Under the pieces are notes generated by a model. It was not told where the DNA came from, did no database searches, and saw only the letters and a list, made by a program, of their open reading frames with translations. A stretch of DNA of 63,360 nucleotides, counting the filler, from Callorhinchus milii (Eukaryota): the NCBI RefSeq assembly GCF_018977255.1. It is 2 parts of 2 records of this genome, joined end to end, with 100 filler letters (N's around TTAATTAATTAA, not from the genome) between each part and the next. Parts side by side here need not be neighbours in the genome. Positions count along the whole stretch, not along the records: positions 1 to 31,656 come from NW_024705611.1; positions 31,757 to 63,360 come from NW_024705612.1. The stretch is one strand, 5' to 3'. This document shows positions 23,621-36,400 of the stretch, piece after piece. How positions within the stretch are numbered: position 1 is the first letter of the stretch; the number at the start of each line of letters is the position of its first letter. The position numbers and the translations under genes are program-made.

Positions 23621-25190
23621 CGCACAGCAGTGTCCCGCAAACAGTCATGAATTGAGCGACCAAATAAATTTTATTTTGAAGGAATTATTACCCCTGGAAA
23701 AGCAATCCGCCAATCAACTAACAAACCCAGGTCCTCTCACTTGCGAGGCGAGTGCTCTAACCACTAAGCTACAGGACCTGGGATGGAGGGATCAGGGGAC
23801 ATACAGTAGGCCTGTATTTACAATAATAATGCTTGCATTTCAAACTACACCTTCCACATTGAGAGAACATCGCAAAGCACTTTGCAGCATTTACTGTTAG
23901 GTGTGTGTCAGCCTGGCTCAATTGGTAGACTTTTGTCTCTGAGTCAGAAGGTTGGGAACTCAAGCCCCACTTGGGACTTGGAATTCATATAGTTTAGGCT
24001 GACACCTAATCTTGAGGTCTGAAATTTCACCTGCTCTTAGGCTCGAGACCATGGTTTTAAAATTTAACATCGCACAAAATGTTAGACAATTCTTTAAATT
24101 TAGTTTTTAAATTCTGTTTGACCACATTTCTTGTTAATTAATAATGGGAGTAAGCTGTCAGGAGATGGGGCCACATGATACACAGAGGAAAGTCCACCTG
24201 ACAAAAAAAAAAATCATTCTTGTTCTTCTGTACAGATCAATAATAGATCTGTTCCTGTTAACAAATGCCCTGGCTACATGGTGATGAGTATGAGATTTTG
24301 GATTGGTTTGGTAACATGTACTTACCTTTAAAAATGGACTTCACTGGAGATCTCTCATCTCATGAGCATCACAGTCACTGGGGGCAAGGATTCATCCTAA
24401 TCAGTTCCTGTTAACCCTGCAAGTCAAAGCCCTAATGGGTAAGATGATCCTAGCTGGACAGGAATCTTGCCAGAAGTGCTCTAAATGACAAACAATGCGA
24501 TTTTAACTGTTTAAACTCCAACAGTTCCTCCCAACGTGTACTTTGTGGTCCCCAAGTCTTGGCTTATACCAACCTGTGCTTTATATTCTCCACAATTAGA
24601 TAAGCAGCATGCATTCCATTCCAGTCACAGGGAAATTTCCAAGTGGCAGTGGCATACAAAGGTCCAAGTCTGATTTGGTTACATGGTGAGGAGGTTCACA
24701 TGTGTCAGACGTCTGGCTAAACAAAAAGAAAACGAGCATTGCAGATTTCCTCACTTCCTAAACCACAGTGTCACTCTTACCACAATCCAAACTCCTCCGC
24801 AGATCAGCTTCCAGGGCTGATATGTGAGAATGTTGGGGCAAGCTATCATATCTTACACCTCGGGGCAAACAAAAGCCAATTTGGATAAACAAAGCGATGA
24901 GAGTCAAGACCGGCAACAAGTTTGGATAAGATACAACATGAGTTCACACGGCCAGAGAATCTGCTTAATATCAAATCGTTCCAAAGCAATGGATGTTTAC
25001 TTTAGATGCAAAGCCAACCGAGGAGAGGAAAACAAACGTGTAGCGTGCGAAAGAATTGACAGGAGCTGGCCCGATGGCCTGAAAACTGGAGATTAGGCAG
25101 TGAGCGTGGGAGAGATGGAGAACATGCAATGAGTGTGTCAGAGGTGGAGAACCAGTGGTAAGTGTGTTAGAGAGGTAAAGAAGAGGTGGT

Positions 25191-26410
25191 AACAACAACA
25201 ACAACAACAAAATTACATTTATAGAGCGCCTTTCACGTCGGGAGGATGTCCCAAAGCGCTGAACAGTCAGGTATCGGGGCCCGAGCATGGGGGAGGGGTG
25301 GAGTAGGGGTGAGGGAAGGCAGAGAGGTGGGAGGGAGACCAAAGGCAAGGTCGAAGAGAAGGGTCTTGAGACCGGCCTTGAAGGAGGCAAGGGCGGAAGC
25401 GAGGTGAAGGGATCGTGGGATGGAGTTCCAGAGTGTGGGGGTAGAGAGGCTGAAAGCCTGGCCACCGATGGTAAGGCGGGTCGGGCGGAGATATAGAGCA
25501 GGCTGGAGCCCGATGAACGGAGGGAGCGGGCAGGTTGGTAGGGAGTCAGCAGATCAGAGAGGTAGGAGGAGGCAAGGCCATGGATGCCTTTAAAGGTAAG
25601 GACGAGGATCTTGAACTCGATCCTCTGGGGGATGGGGAGCCAGTGGAGTCGGGCGAGGGTGGTAGTGATGGGGTCGCGGAGCCTGGTGCATGAGAGTACA
25701 CGAGCTGCAGAATTTTGGATGATCTGCAGCTTGTGAATGGAAGAGTTGGGAAGGCCGATGAGGATGGAGTTCCCGTTATCAAGCCTTGAGGTGACGAATG
25801 CGTGGGTGAGGGTTTCGGCAGCCTGAGGGGTGAGGCAGTGGCGGAGTCTGGCAATGTTGCGGAGGTGGCGGTAGGCAGTGCCAGTCATGTCGCGGATGTG
25901 GGGGAGAAAGGATAGTTCAGGGTCAAACAAGACACCCAGGTTCCTGACTGGCTTAGTGAGGTTGAGTGTGCAGCCGTGGAGGCTGATGCTGCCAGCGCCT
26001 GAGGTGCGGAAGCGCTGGCGCGAGTCAATCAGGAGGGCCTCAGTCTTGCTGATGTTGAGTTGGAGAAAGTTGGCCCTATTCCAGGACTTGATGTCGGACA
26101 GGCAGTCGGTCAGGATGCCAGTAGTCCTGAGTTCTGGGTGGAGCAGAGAGGTAGAGTTGGGTGTCATCCGCGTACATGTGGAAATTTACCCCATGTCTGC
26201 GGATGACATCACCAAGGGGAGCATGTAGCGGGTGAAGAGGAGGGGACCGAGGACAGAGCCCTGAGGAACACAGCACGAGACAGTGCGGGGACTGGAGGAG
26301 AAGCCGTTTGTCACGACAAAGTGGAGGCGTGTGAAAGGTAGGATCTGAACCAGTCAAGGACAGAACCTTGAAGGTTGAGGTGGGAGGAGAGGCGGTGGAG
26401 GAGGATTGAG
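25191..26410 (-). mobile_element. L2 LINE 3' portion (RT to tail)
   Basis: [65 protein letters not shown]; (TTG)n tail at ~25191. Confidence 0.93.
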
Positions 26411-27217
26411 TGATCAGAGAGGTGGAGAACAGATGGTAAGTGTGTCAGAGAGGTAGACAACAGATGGTAAGTGCATCAGAGAGGTGGAAAACATGCAATA
26501 AGTGTGGGAGAGATGGAGAATGGAGAACAGGCAGTAAATGTGATGGGAAGATGGAATATTTACCCTTGTATTTTTCTTATTTAAAAGGAATCCAATAGAT
26601 CTTGAAAAAAGAGAAAGTCCTTGCATTTGATATAGCAGCTTATCACGTTGTCCAGATGTTTCAAAGTGCTTCACAGGATTTTACTGTGAATTGTAGGGAT
26701 CGTGTATTCATAGGAAAAAGCAGCAGCCACTGGATTATCCCACAAATAGCCATGAAGTCAATGATCAATGTTATCTGGGGGGTTGTTGGCCAGGACAAAT
26801 CCCCTTCTCTTTTCGAGGAGTGCCATGAGGTCTTTAACTTCCACCTGAACTGGGAGGCTTTGATTTAGTGACTCAATCTACCTCCAACAATGCACTGCAC
26901 CCTATGGCATTGCATTGCAGTGTCAATTAATGGATTATGTCTCGGAACTCGTTTTGAAATCTGGCGAGAATACATTTTGATGTGCATATCTCATAGACAA
27001 GGCCAAGTGTAACATTAAAGACAAAACATTCTCCTCCTTGGGCTTCTTGCTCCACTTTGGAAAACTCCTCACTGATATTTCACTCAGACAATTAACAATT
27101 TCGATCAGATTAACAACTGAAGCAAATTTAGCCACAACCAAATTATCTTTGTGCCAGTGTCAGTATAAAAATAAGGCTAGGTATCTGTGTGGAAGTGCAC
27201 ACGAACTGGATAATATA

Positions 27218-27600
27218 TAATAATAATAATTAAATCCTTGCATTTGATATAGCACCTTACCACATCATCAAGACATCTCAGGGGCGCTTCACGAATATCT
27301 GTAAAATGTATTGACTGTATATTTTGTGGACGAAATGTGGCAGCCATTGTGCAAGCAGTGTCTCACACTTGTGGATTGAGTGACCAAATTATTAATTATT
27401 ATTATTTTTTGAAACATGTGACGGGATTATTACCCCCGGAAAGCGATCAGCCAATCGGCTAAACAACTGGATTTCCACTTACTGCTAGGTAAACAGTGAC
27501 ATGTGGAGAAAGACTTGCCTAAGGATCCCCCTGCCCGGGAATCAAACTTGGTTGTCTCACTTGCGATGTGAGTGCTCTAACCAATATGCTACAGGACTCC
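27218..27600 (-). mobile_element. Full-length tRNA-derived SINE
   Basis: Reverse complement of the 16596 family. Confidence 0.88.
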
Positions 27601-27883
27601 ACTGATATGTTCTATTATTTGTGGATAGCATCAAGAGGAAAACCTTGTTGCGGAACTTTTATTTGGGTTTGATCTAACTTGTAGACACAGCATTCCAATT
27701 GGTGATCTGTATTTTGCTAAACAATTTCACAACATTTGGTTAATTTCACTGCAGCTGTTACACAAGAAAGATTACACCCAGATGTTTATTTTACTTTCTG
27801 GGGGCAAAGATAAACTCAACCAGGGTCAGAATTCTACAAGACCCTGTTTTCTCTCTCATATGTTCCTCTTGTTACAGTCCTGT

Positions 27884-27919
<36 letters not shown>

Positions 27920-28084
27920 TCAGTTTTCTCATGGAATCTCTCCCTCACATTCTCACCGTTCAATCAATGTAGTCCATCTCTCCTGCTGTTTCTTTAACCC
28001 TCTGACTTTCCATGAGTCTAAGAGTCCGATGCAAAGAATAATTGTCTAAGCTACTCAATAAAGCATGCTTGCAATTTAATTTGC

Positions 28085-28316
28085 CTTGCTTCCTCCCTTT
28101 CCTTCTTCAAGGACAGTCTCAAGACCTTTCTCTTTGACCGTGCCTTCAGCTCCCCTCTCGACTCTCTACCCCCTCCTCGCTCCCTCCCTTCCCTCCCCTC
28201 ACCCTGACCATTTCCCCCCTACTCAGGTCCTGACCCAACTGTACAGCGCCTTGGGACGTCCTCCGACGACGTGAAAGGCGCTCTATAAATGGAATCTTGT
28301 TGTTGTTGTTGTTGTT
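28085..28316 (+). mobile_element. Short young L2 3' end
   Basis: Close match to 2345-2558 with (TTG)n tail. Confidence 0.9.
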
Positions 28317-28954
28317 AATCTGAAAAAATAAAATAATAAAAATTTAGTCACTTAATCCACGACTGTTTGCTCTCCCCTAATCCCCCGGCCCTCAGCTCAG
28401 GCTCCAGTCGGGTCTGTGAAGCACTTTGAGACGTCCTCCTGACATACGAGGTGCTATATAAATGTAAAATAGTTGTTCAGAATGGCGTCAGGGTCCCCGA
28501 TACGCCTATTGACACTCACTTTGTAGCTCACAGATGAAGAAGAGAGAGAGATCCTGCAGTATTGTCAGCTCACGTGTAACAATACCACAGCAACAATCCT
28601 AGAAAGATGAAGGGCGAGAAGATTGGCAGAACGGAAAGGAAAGTCGTCTAAATTGGAGTCTGCACTCAGTGTAACCGAGGAAGGAATGAAACGCATCTGG
28701 AGCAACTCAAAGCTAAAACGTTCACCAAATGGAACACACATGTCCTTCGAAACATCCGCTCAAACGCAGTTTAACTTCCCAAAAAATAGGCAGTATCACG
28801 CTCTGGACACAGCTTGGAATCAGTAACAAGTAATGCCTCGATTGGCGTCCAAAATATGGACTGGGCTCTTAGCCCATGGGTTATTAGCACAATATGCATT
28901 TTCAAGCCCAGTATATCATGCTGATAAGTCATGTGATTTCCTAATTTCAGAAGG

Positions 28955-29595
28955 AACAACAACAACAACAAAATTACATTTATAGAGCGCCTTTCAAGTC
29001 GGGACATGACCCACCCTACCATTGATGGCCGGGCTTTCAGCCTCTCTGCCCCCACATTCTGGAACTTTATCACGTCCAAGGTGCTGGACAGTCAGGGGTC
29101 AGGACCCAAGCATGGGGGAGAGTTGGGGTAGGGGTGAAGGAAGGCAGAGAGGTGGGAGGGCGACCGAAGGCACGATTGAAGAGGAGCGTCTTGAGACCGG
29201 CCTTAAAGGAGGCAGCCAGGCGAAGGGACCGTGGGATGAAGTTCCAGAGTGTGGGGGCAGAGAGGCTGAAAGCCCGGCCATCAATGGTACGGCAGGTCGA
29301 GCGGGAGACATGGAGCAGGCCGGAGCCCGCTGAATGAAGGGAGTGGGAAGGTTGGTAGGTCAGAGAGGTAGGAGGGGGCAAGGCCATGGATGGCCTTGAA
29401 AGTGAGGACGAGGATCTTGAATTTGATCCTCTGGGGGATGGGGAGCCAGTGGAGTTGGGTGAGGGTGGGAGTGATGGGGTCACGGAGTCTGGTGCACGAG
29501 AGTACACGAGCTGCAGAGTTTTGGATGATCTGCAGCTTGTGAAGGGAAGAGTTGGGAAGGCCGATGAGGAGGGAGTTTCCATAATCGAGCCTTGA
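28955..29595 (-). mobile_element. L2 3' fragment with rearranged tail
   Basis: [26 protein letters not shown]; an inverted duplicate piece sits at ~29012-29070. Confidence 0.88.
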
Positions 29596-29784
29596 CTAGT
29601 TAGGAAATGACTAACTAGAAGCTGGATGTTTGCCCTGACCGATACAAAGGATCAGATGAGCTCTGGTGCAGTTTGAGTGCCTCTAGTTTCTAATAATATG
29701 CACCTCCCAGTTCTTTAAATGGCTTAAACTCAAATAACAGAGAATAAATACACCATTTTGTCATTGTCTTTTTGTTTCCTTAGT

Positions 29785-30110
29785 AAGAACATCAGAATTG
29801 CTAGACAAAAGAAGACCAAGGTCCATCCAGTTCGAGGTCCATCCAGTTCGCCCATGTCCCAAACACTAAACCGTATCCCAAGATATTATATTATACTATT
29901 ACTAAAGGAAATCTATCTAATTTGTTTTTGTTTTTGAAAGAATCAACACTTTCTGCTTCCACCACCTCCCCAGGGAGCCTGTTTCATACCTTTACTACTC
30001 GCTCACTGAAGTAGTGTTTCGGCAGATTTGTTTTGAATTTACCCCACTTCAATCAATCAAGATAAAACAGCTTATCATGGTCTAGATTATCCAGTCCCTT
30101 TAGAATCGTT
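29785..30110 (-). mobile_element. CR1-type LINE 3' remnant
   Basis: Reverse complement gives RKHYFSERVVKVWNRLP-like sequence plus a CR1-type 3' UTR. Confidence 0.65.
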
Positions 30111-30891
30111 AAAAAATTGTGAAAGTTATTAGAAACTAGAGGTGCCTAAACTGGCACCAGAGCCTATCTGCGCCTACATTATTATTATTATTATTATGAT
30201 TATGATTATTATTATCATCTGCCTGACAGCTGATAATAATAATACAGAGAGCCGCTTGTACCTACTGAGGGATTTCCAGTGACTCACAAAGCCCAGGTAA
30301 TGTGAACTTAGGTGTTGCCCTGTCATTTGAACTATGCGGGAACAACCTCATTCATCATGGTGTACTAACTTTGGATATCTAAGTCTTACGATAAACGTGG
30401 CTTCACTGTTTCCGTCACCCCAGCTCTTGCTCGCTCTCATTGCCTTATGAGGCAAAGTTCTCCTTCACTTTGCCCTTGGTGTACGGACTCTTTGGTGATA
30501 ATTTTTATCCCAGCGTAATCCTACCAGGATAAGACCAACATCGATACCAGTGCCCTTTCAGACATTCTGAAAACTAACCCCAAGTGCTCAGGCAGCTTGT
30601 CGATGGCTCTGTGCTGGAGCCGAGGGTTAGTTACGAGCAGATGTCCAGCTCCACTTTGGCTTTCTCTTTCTGTCCTATGCTCAGATCGCACAGGAATTTA
30701 ACTGCTTCAAATTGGAAACAGTAGACACATCTCATCCTTTGGTCTACCCACTACAAAGAATGGGAACAATCAGGAGAGAAGAGGAGGAGGCAAGTGAGAG
30801 GGGCGTGAAGTGGGAGTATAATAATAAAAATCCTTGCATTTGATGTAGCGCCTTATCACATTGTCGAGACGTCTCAAAGCGCTTCACAGGA

Positions 30892-31223
30892 TAATAATAA
30901 TAATAATAATCCTTGCATTTGACATAGCGCTTTTCACGTCTTCTAGATGTCCCAAAGTGCTTCACAGACTATACTGTAAAGTGAATTGACTGTATATTTG
31001 TGGGCGAACGTGGCAGCCAGTTGCGCACAGCAATGTCCCACAAACAGTCGTAGATTCAAAATGACTAATTTATTATTGTTTTTTATTTTGGAGGGATTAT
31101 TGTTAGGCGTGTGGAGTAAGGAAACTTGCCCAAGGCTTCGCCCTTTTTGGAGTTGGTGCGGGAATTAAACTCAGGTCTCTCGCTTGCAAAGCGAGTGCTC
31201 TAACCACTGAGCTACAGGACTCC
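30892..31223 (-). mobile_element. tRNA-derived SINE (preceded by an extra tail copy at 30818-30890)
   Basis: Reverse complement of the 16596 family. Confidence 0.87.
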
Positions 31224-31656
31224 AAGGATATACTGTAAATTGGTTTGATTGTGTATTTTGAGGAGGAAATGCAGCAGCCAATTGCGCACAGCAGCGTCCC
31301 ATGCAGTGAGTGACCAATTTCATTCAGGGGATTTGTTGGCCAAGACACTGGGAGAAACTCCCATGAATAGTGCCATGGGATCCTTAACAGCTAGTTGAAG
31401 AGGGAAGGAGATAGGAGACAAGGGGAGGAGGCAGACCATTGAGCCAACGTCAGCAGGAAAGGGGGGGGGGGTAATAGGAAATCAATTAAACTGGCAGGCC
31501 ATTTGCACACAGCAATGTCTTACAAATAGCCAAGAAGTGAATGGTTGATTTTATCTGGGGAACTGATGGCCGGGAGAAAAGCTTTTTGAATAGAACCATG
31601 GGATCTTTAATGTCCACCTGAAATTAACAAACTGAACACGGACTGGAATCAGCGAG

Positions 31657-31756
31657 NNNNNNNNNNNNNNNNNNNNNNNNNNNNNNNNNNNNNNNNNNNN
31701 TTAATTAATTAANNNNNNNNNNNNNNNNNNNNNNNNNNNNNNNNNNNNNNNNNNNN
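31657..31756. other. Artificial contig linker (44N-TTAATTAATTAA-44N)
   Basis: Symmetric N runs around a 12-mer that places stop codons in all six frames. Confidence 0.97.
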
Positions 31757-32489
31757 GTGCAAATTGTCCCTACGACAGAATATTTTTTAAAAATCCAGTC
31801 GTGCACAAACATTGCAACACAAATGACGTGGGTGGCAGAGAATATTCAATCGTGCGTCGCCTTACAGATAACACAGGGCGGTCACGCTTCTTGCGGGGAG
31901 CGATCGCTTTACTTTGTAATCCTCGCAACTCCCACTGACACACAATCCTGCACCAGGGATGATCTCCGCAAACAAATGGGGGGGGGGAAAGTAAAAAAAA
32001 AAATCCATTTGTTATGGTTAAACTTTCGAAATAGGTTTAAGACCAGATTTAGGGCTGGATTCAGTGAATGCACTCAAGAAGCACAATTGAATTCTGAAAC
32101 ACACCCAGAACGAGACGCAATATGCCCACGTCAATACCTTCGATAACAATCATCATGAATGATTATGGAAGATTTCCCTCCACCCTTCCTGGTTGAAAAT
32201 GACTCATGCTTGTCATTAAGCTGCTTTGTTCACCACGATAGCGTCAGCATTTGTTTGCAAGAGCAAGTCGTGACACACACACGCGCACACGCCTAGACAT
32301 ACCCACCGCGACGGACAATTATTTCCCTGGTTGGCTTCATAGAACACACGGGGCAAGTGCTGTTATTGAGAACCTTGCTGTTGCCGGCATAGCACACAAG
32401 ATGTGTTGCCAACATACTTGCGTTTAAACTTCGCGTCTAAGGCTGAATCGAGCTCTCAGTAACAGCTTGACAATAATGTTCTGGATGTC

Positions 32490-32547
32490 CAAGAATTGAA
32501 CCCAGGTCGCCAGGATTGTAGAGCAGCGTATTAACAACTGTGCCCAC
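32490..32547 (-). mobile_element. tRNA-derived SINE head
   Basis: Reverse complement GGGCACAGTTGTTAATACGCTGCTCTACAATCCTGGCGACCTGGGTTCAATTCTTGG with A/B boxes. Confidence 0.6.
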
Positions 32548-33344
32548 ACGACTCACCACCACCACAGCCAACAACAACAACAACAACAACCGCCATTCGC
32601 CACTAAGTGGCGGTGACGTCACCACGACGCTTGTGCCAGGCCATGTGCACACCACCATACCCTCTGCCACACACACGCAGACACGCTACTCGACTTTGTC
32701 GGCTGCACTCTAACTATTCAAAACAGAAATTCAAAGCGGCAGCCAGCTTATTGTGTAAGACGTTAACATCGTTTCCTTTCGTCACTCCCTGGGGAATCTA
32801 TGCAAACTGCGCAAGTCAAATACACGTTGGCACTCGATCACGAGAGAGTTAACTTTGCCTTCGTGCCAGAATAATTGCGTTCAAGGAGTTAAAGCTCTCC
32901 AGGATTTCAGTTGACCTCACCTTTAGCCCACAAATGCGGCTTATTGCCCCTTCCACGAAAACCAGCCTCACCTGTTTACCGCGCTCATGACAAAACACTT
33001 TGAGCAAGAAGAAAAACACCGGGGGGAAATAATATAGGGCTGTGTCGCTGGGAATTCGTGCAAATCGGCGTTTAAAGTGAACGCATTCAACATGAAGGAG
33101 AGCTCATGCCACTCCGTGCATCTCGTGCTAGCGATGTCAATTGAGACGAAAATCGCTGGTGGACTTTAATGAATTCATTATTATGCTTCTGCTGGCATTT
33201 CCCGAAGAATGTAAAGAAATAAGTTGTAGCAAACGTGCCTCCTCCCCTCGTACCGTGATCTTACCGCTTGTTCATTAATAGATTTCTTCCACCGCACATC
33301 ATGTACGGCGTGAAAGAAGTTCAACACACATACATTGCCACAAG

Positions 33345-33459
33345 GGTAACCAAATCGCCCTAATGACACCCTGTGTCGTAATATCTCAGACGCTAAGTAG
33401 AGTTGAGCCTGGCGAGTTCTTGGATGGGTCAACCTCGGGGCTTGCCAGATGTTGTAGGT
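33345..33459 (+). pseudogene. 5S rRNA-derived sequence (pseudogene or SINE3 head)
   Basis: Colinear with vertebrate 5S: ATCTCAGACGCTAAGTAGAGTTGAGCCTGGCGAGTTCTTGGATGGG...GTTGTAGG. Confidence 0.75.
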
Positions 33460-36400
33460 GCGGGTCTGCCATGTGGCCAGGAGATGGCAGTGCTGAGTGT
33501 CACGTGCCCATGTGCGTGATGGGGATTCCATCGGCACTCCAGGTTCATGCTATGAAAGGTGAATGAACGCACCTGAAAACAAGCATTGAGGCTTATGTGG
33601 GTAAATCATTGACATTATTAATATTTGGGATTGATAGCAATGTCTTGTAGATACAGTGTGTCAGTTTCCCCAAAACAGAGTTATGCTGAATGTCGAACAT
33701 ACTGAGTACAACATGGTAGACCAGTATAATGTTGCGTGTAAAGTATTCTCGTAAGGTAAAAAAAAGATACCTAAAATAACCCTTCCTTCTGCAATAAAAC
33801 AGATTCGTACGCGTTGTGATGATTTTAATTGAATCACTATATTACATATCGCATATCAAAACATGCAGACTCAAAATTTCTGGATGACACACCTGCGTAC
33901 GTGGGGTGAAACGTCAGACACCATACGCAGTACATCCTGAAAACACATCGGAGAGCTATGCTTGGATTGCTAGATCATACAACTGGAACGAAACTCCTTT
34001 CACATGGGTGTCGNNNNNNNNNNNNNNNNNNNNNNNNNNNNNNCCACGTCACATATCCTAGCGAGGAGCGTTTCAGCCGCTTCGCGCCCGGGACTGGCGT
34101 CCAGTATCAGCAGAGGCTCTATTGGAAACCGTCACTTGAGCCGCGCTACGAACGGGCAGGCGCACCAACGAGGTGTGCGACATATGTAATAAATACGTCG
34201 CGAAGCATTCGAGCGGGCTTCATTTTCACACTTCGGCAAGGTCTGAATACATACCAGCATTTGTGTCACCCCAACCACTTGACCTATCCTTTGAAATGCT
34301 TGGGGGAAACCTAGTGCACCATGAACAGGAATACGGTGAAGGGAGGGCGGCCCCTCTCCCGACCAGCGTCGCAGATTTACGAGCAGTAGTTTGACAGTAC
34401 AAACGTCGTCAATCCCAGCGGTAGATCAATCTGACGGGGTTGTCCAAGTGACAAGCGGCAAGTACTACGGTTTTGCATACATTCTAACTCCTCGCATAGA
34501 AGGGGACCCGGCACTACCTGCAATCTAAGTCACCGAACCGTCTAAGGTCGTATACGAGAAAGGTCCCGATCGACCGCATAGGTTTACGAGTGTCGCCGGC
34601 GGTCATATGTACGAGGTACACACCGAACGAGTTCGAGGGCGGTAAACCGTCTAGGCATGAAAAAAACCACATCTAGGGTGGTGGTAACGGTCTTACCGCC
34701 TTAGGTTGTTAAGAAGTCGAACTGAGGGCAGTCTAATGTCTATTGAACCGAGCCCGGTGCAAGCCAGATCATTCTCCATACGTTGATCCAGACTTTCAGT
34801 TTGAAGTTCTCAACCCTAGTAAGACTTGACACACATACAGTACTGATCTGGCTGCCACATATCCGTTTCTCAGAATAGTGCACTAAGCACTGTATGCTCA
34901 GCGGGTGATTTCGCTACGTATGACGTCAATATGAGCAGGGCTCGTCCATATACTGATTGGCTCCGGTCGATGCTAATAAAGCCCCTGTGTGAGGGTACCA
35001 GATCGCGGCCGCTTAACGTGTTGAGCTAGTACGTAGCTCTAAGCATGGCACGCGCGTGAGCTCCCGGGATACTCACAGCTCGCACGGTTGCAAACACGGG
35101 CATCAGCATTTTCTGCGGACATGTCGGCTTGTGCTATAGGCGAGTGGGTCGCCCTATCCGCCTAGGTTGCCAGAAGTGTACGGCGTTGACCACTTTACGC
35201 AAATTGTTTACGCTTCTCCGGACATAATTTACAAGGCACTTGCATTAGTTCGTGCATGGTAGTCAATAGAGCAGGCTTTACACTACTCCGCGCGCATGGT
35301 GAGATCATTGATGTTGTTTTCAAGTAGCGCCCGTGCTAACATCACAGAGCAGACATAGCAGTCAATCTATCCCGGGCGGGCCAAGGGGAGACCGTAAATT
35401 CCTCACTTGTGCTAATCTCCGGTTTCTCGGATTGTGCTACCTCGCTTTCGAAAGAACTACACCGATTTACCGATGGAGTAAGTGTAAGCCCCCGGTTCTC
35501 CATAGGACTCCGCGCAAGGATGAATGTCAGTTATACCCTCCACGATTTCGCCCAGGCTGCATAGGCCCTTCCGTTACAACGATGCATGCGGAGTGGACTA
35601 GTTGCGTTCTCACCTCACTGGGACTTGTCAGACGAAAGCCGAAATCGAACCTGGCGACGCGCGTACTCGCTACTATTCAGTGGAGCGGGGGTCATAGTCT
35701 ATCAGTCAGAATAAGCCACACGCTTGCCATACTATATGTTTGAAGCCACTGAATCGAGAACCCCTCGCTTACACTATCCATAATGTAGTACCTAACACGA
35801 AGGGAGCGTAGCGACATCTACGGAGGAGTCTCAGGGCCCATACATATGAGGTCGTCGTAAGGCTAACTAGGTTCTGCCTGGCGACTGCGAGGTTGTCAAA
35901 TACCACGCTCCGTGCCGGCTCGTTCCTGTTCGTGGAGGCGCCACTAATTGCGCAGAGGACAGCGCGGGCCTCCAGTCACGCCGGCGAGGCTAGATAAAAT
36001 TGTGTTGGCTGGTAGAGGGTTAATCTTGCGACACATAGTTCTAGAAATGGCAATGTACGCGACTCGGAAAAGTATCCGATCTACAATTCACAACCAAGAT
36101 GCCTCATATACACCATCTACTGCTCATGGATCCTATCAATTACGCGACCAAATCGTCGATGTGCAGAGGAAAGTCATAATTTCTCTACGCGCTCCGGAAA
36201 TGGACGACGGAGACCAGGAACTTTTATACACTAAACCTGGCCCCTCTCGACGGCCGCCGACGCTACGCCTCGCTACATACGACACCAACGCATGTGGTGA
36301 CTGTCGGACGTCGTTTAGTTCGGCTTCAATGCAGTTAGGCATCGTTAGTATTACGTGTAATAAGGCATATGTAAGCAGCAACCCAAATACGGGCGTACCT

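Noticed and set aside
24320..24420. Possible minus-strand exon (AAG|GTAAGT donor near 24326)
   Set aside because: Stops occur in all frames. It could be a 5' UTR exon of the Rab but there is no supporting evidence.
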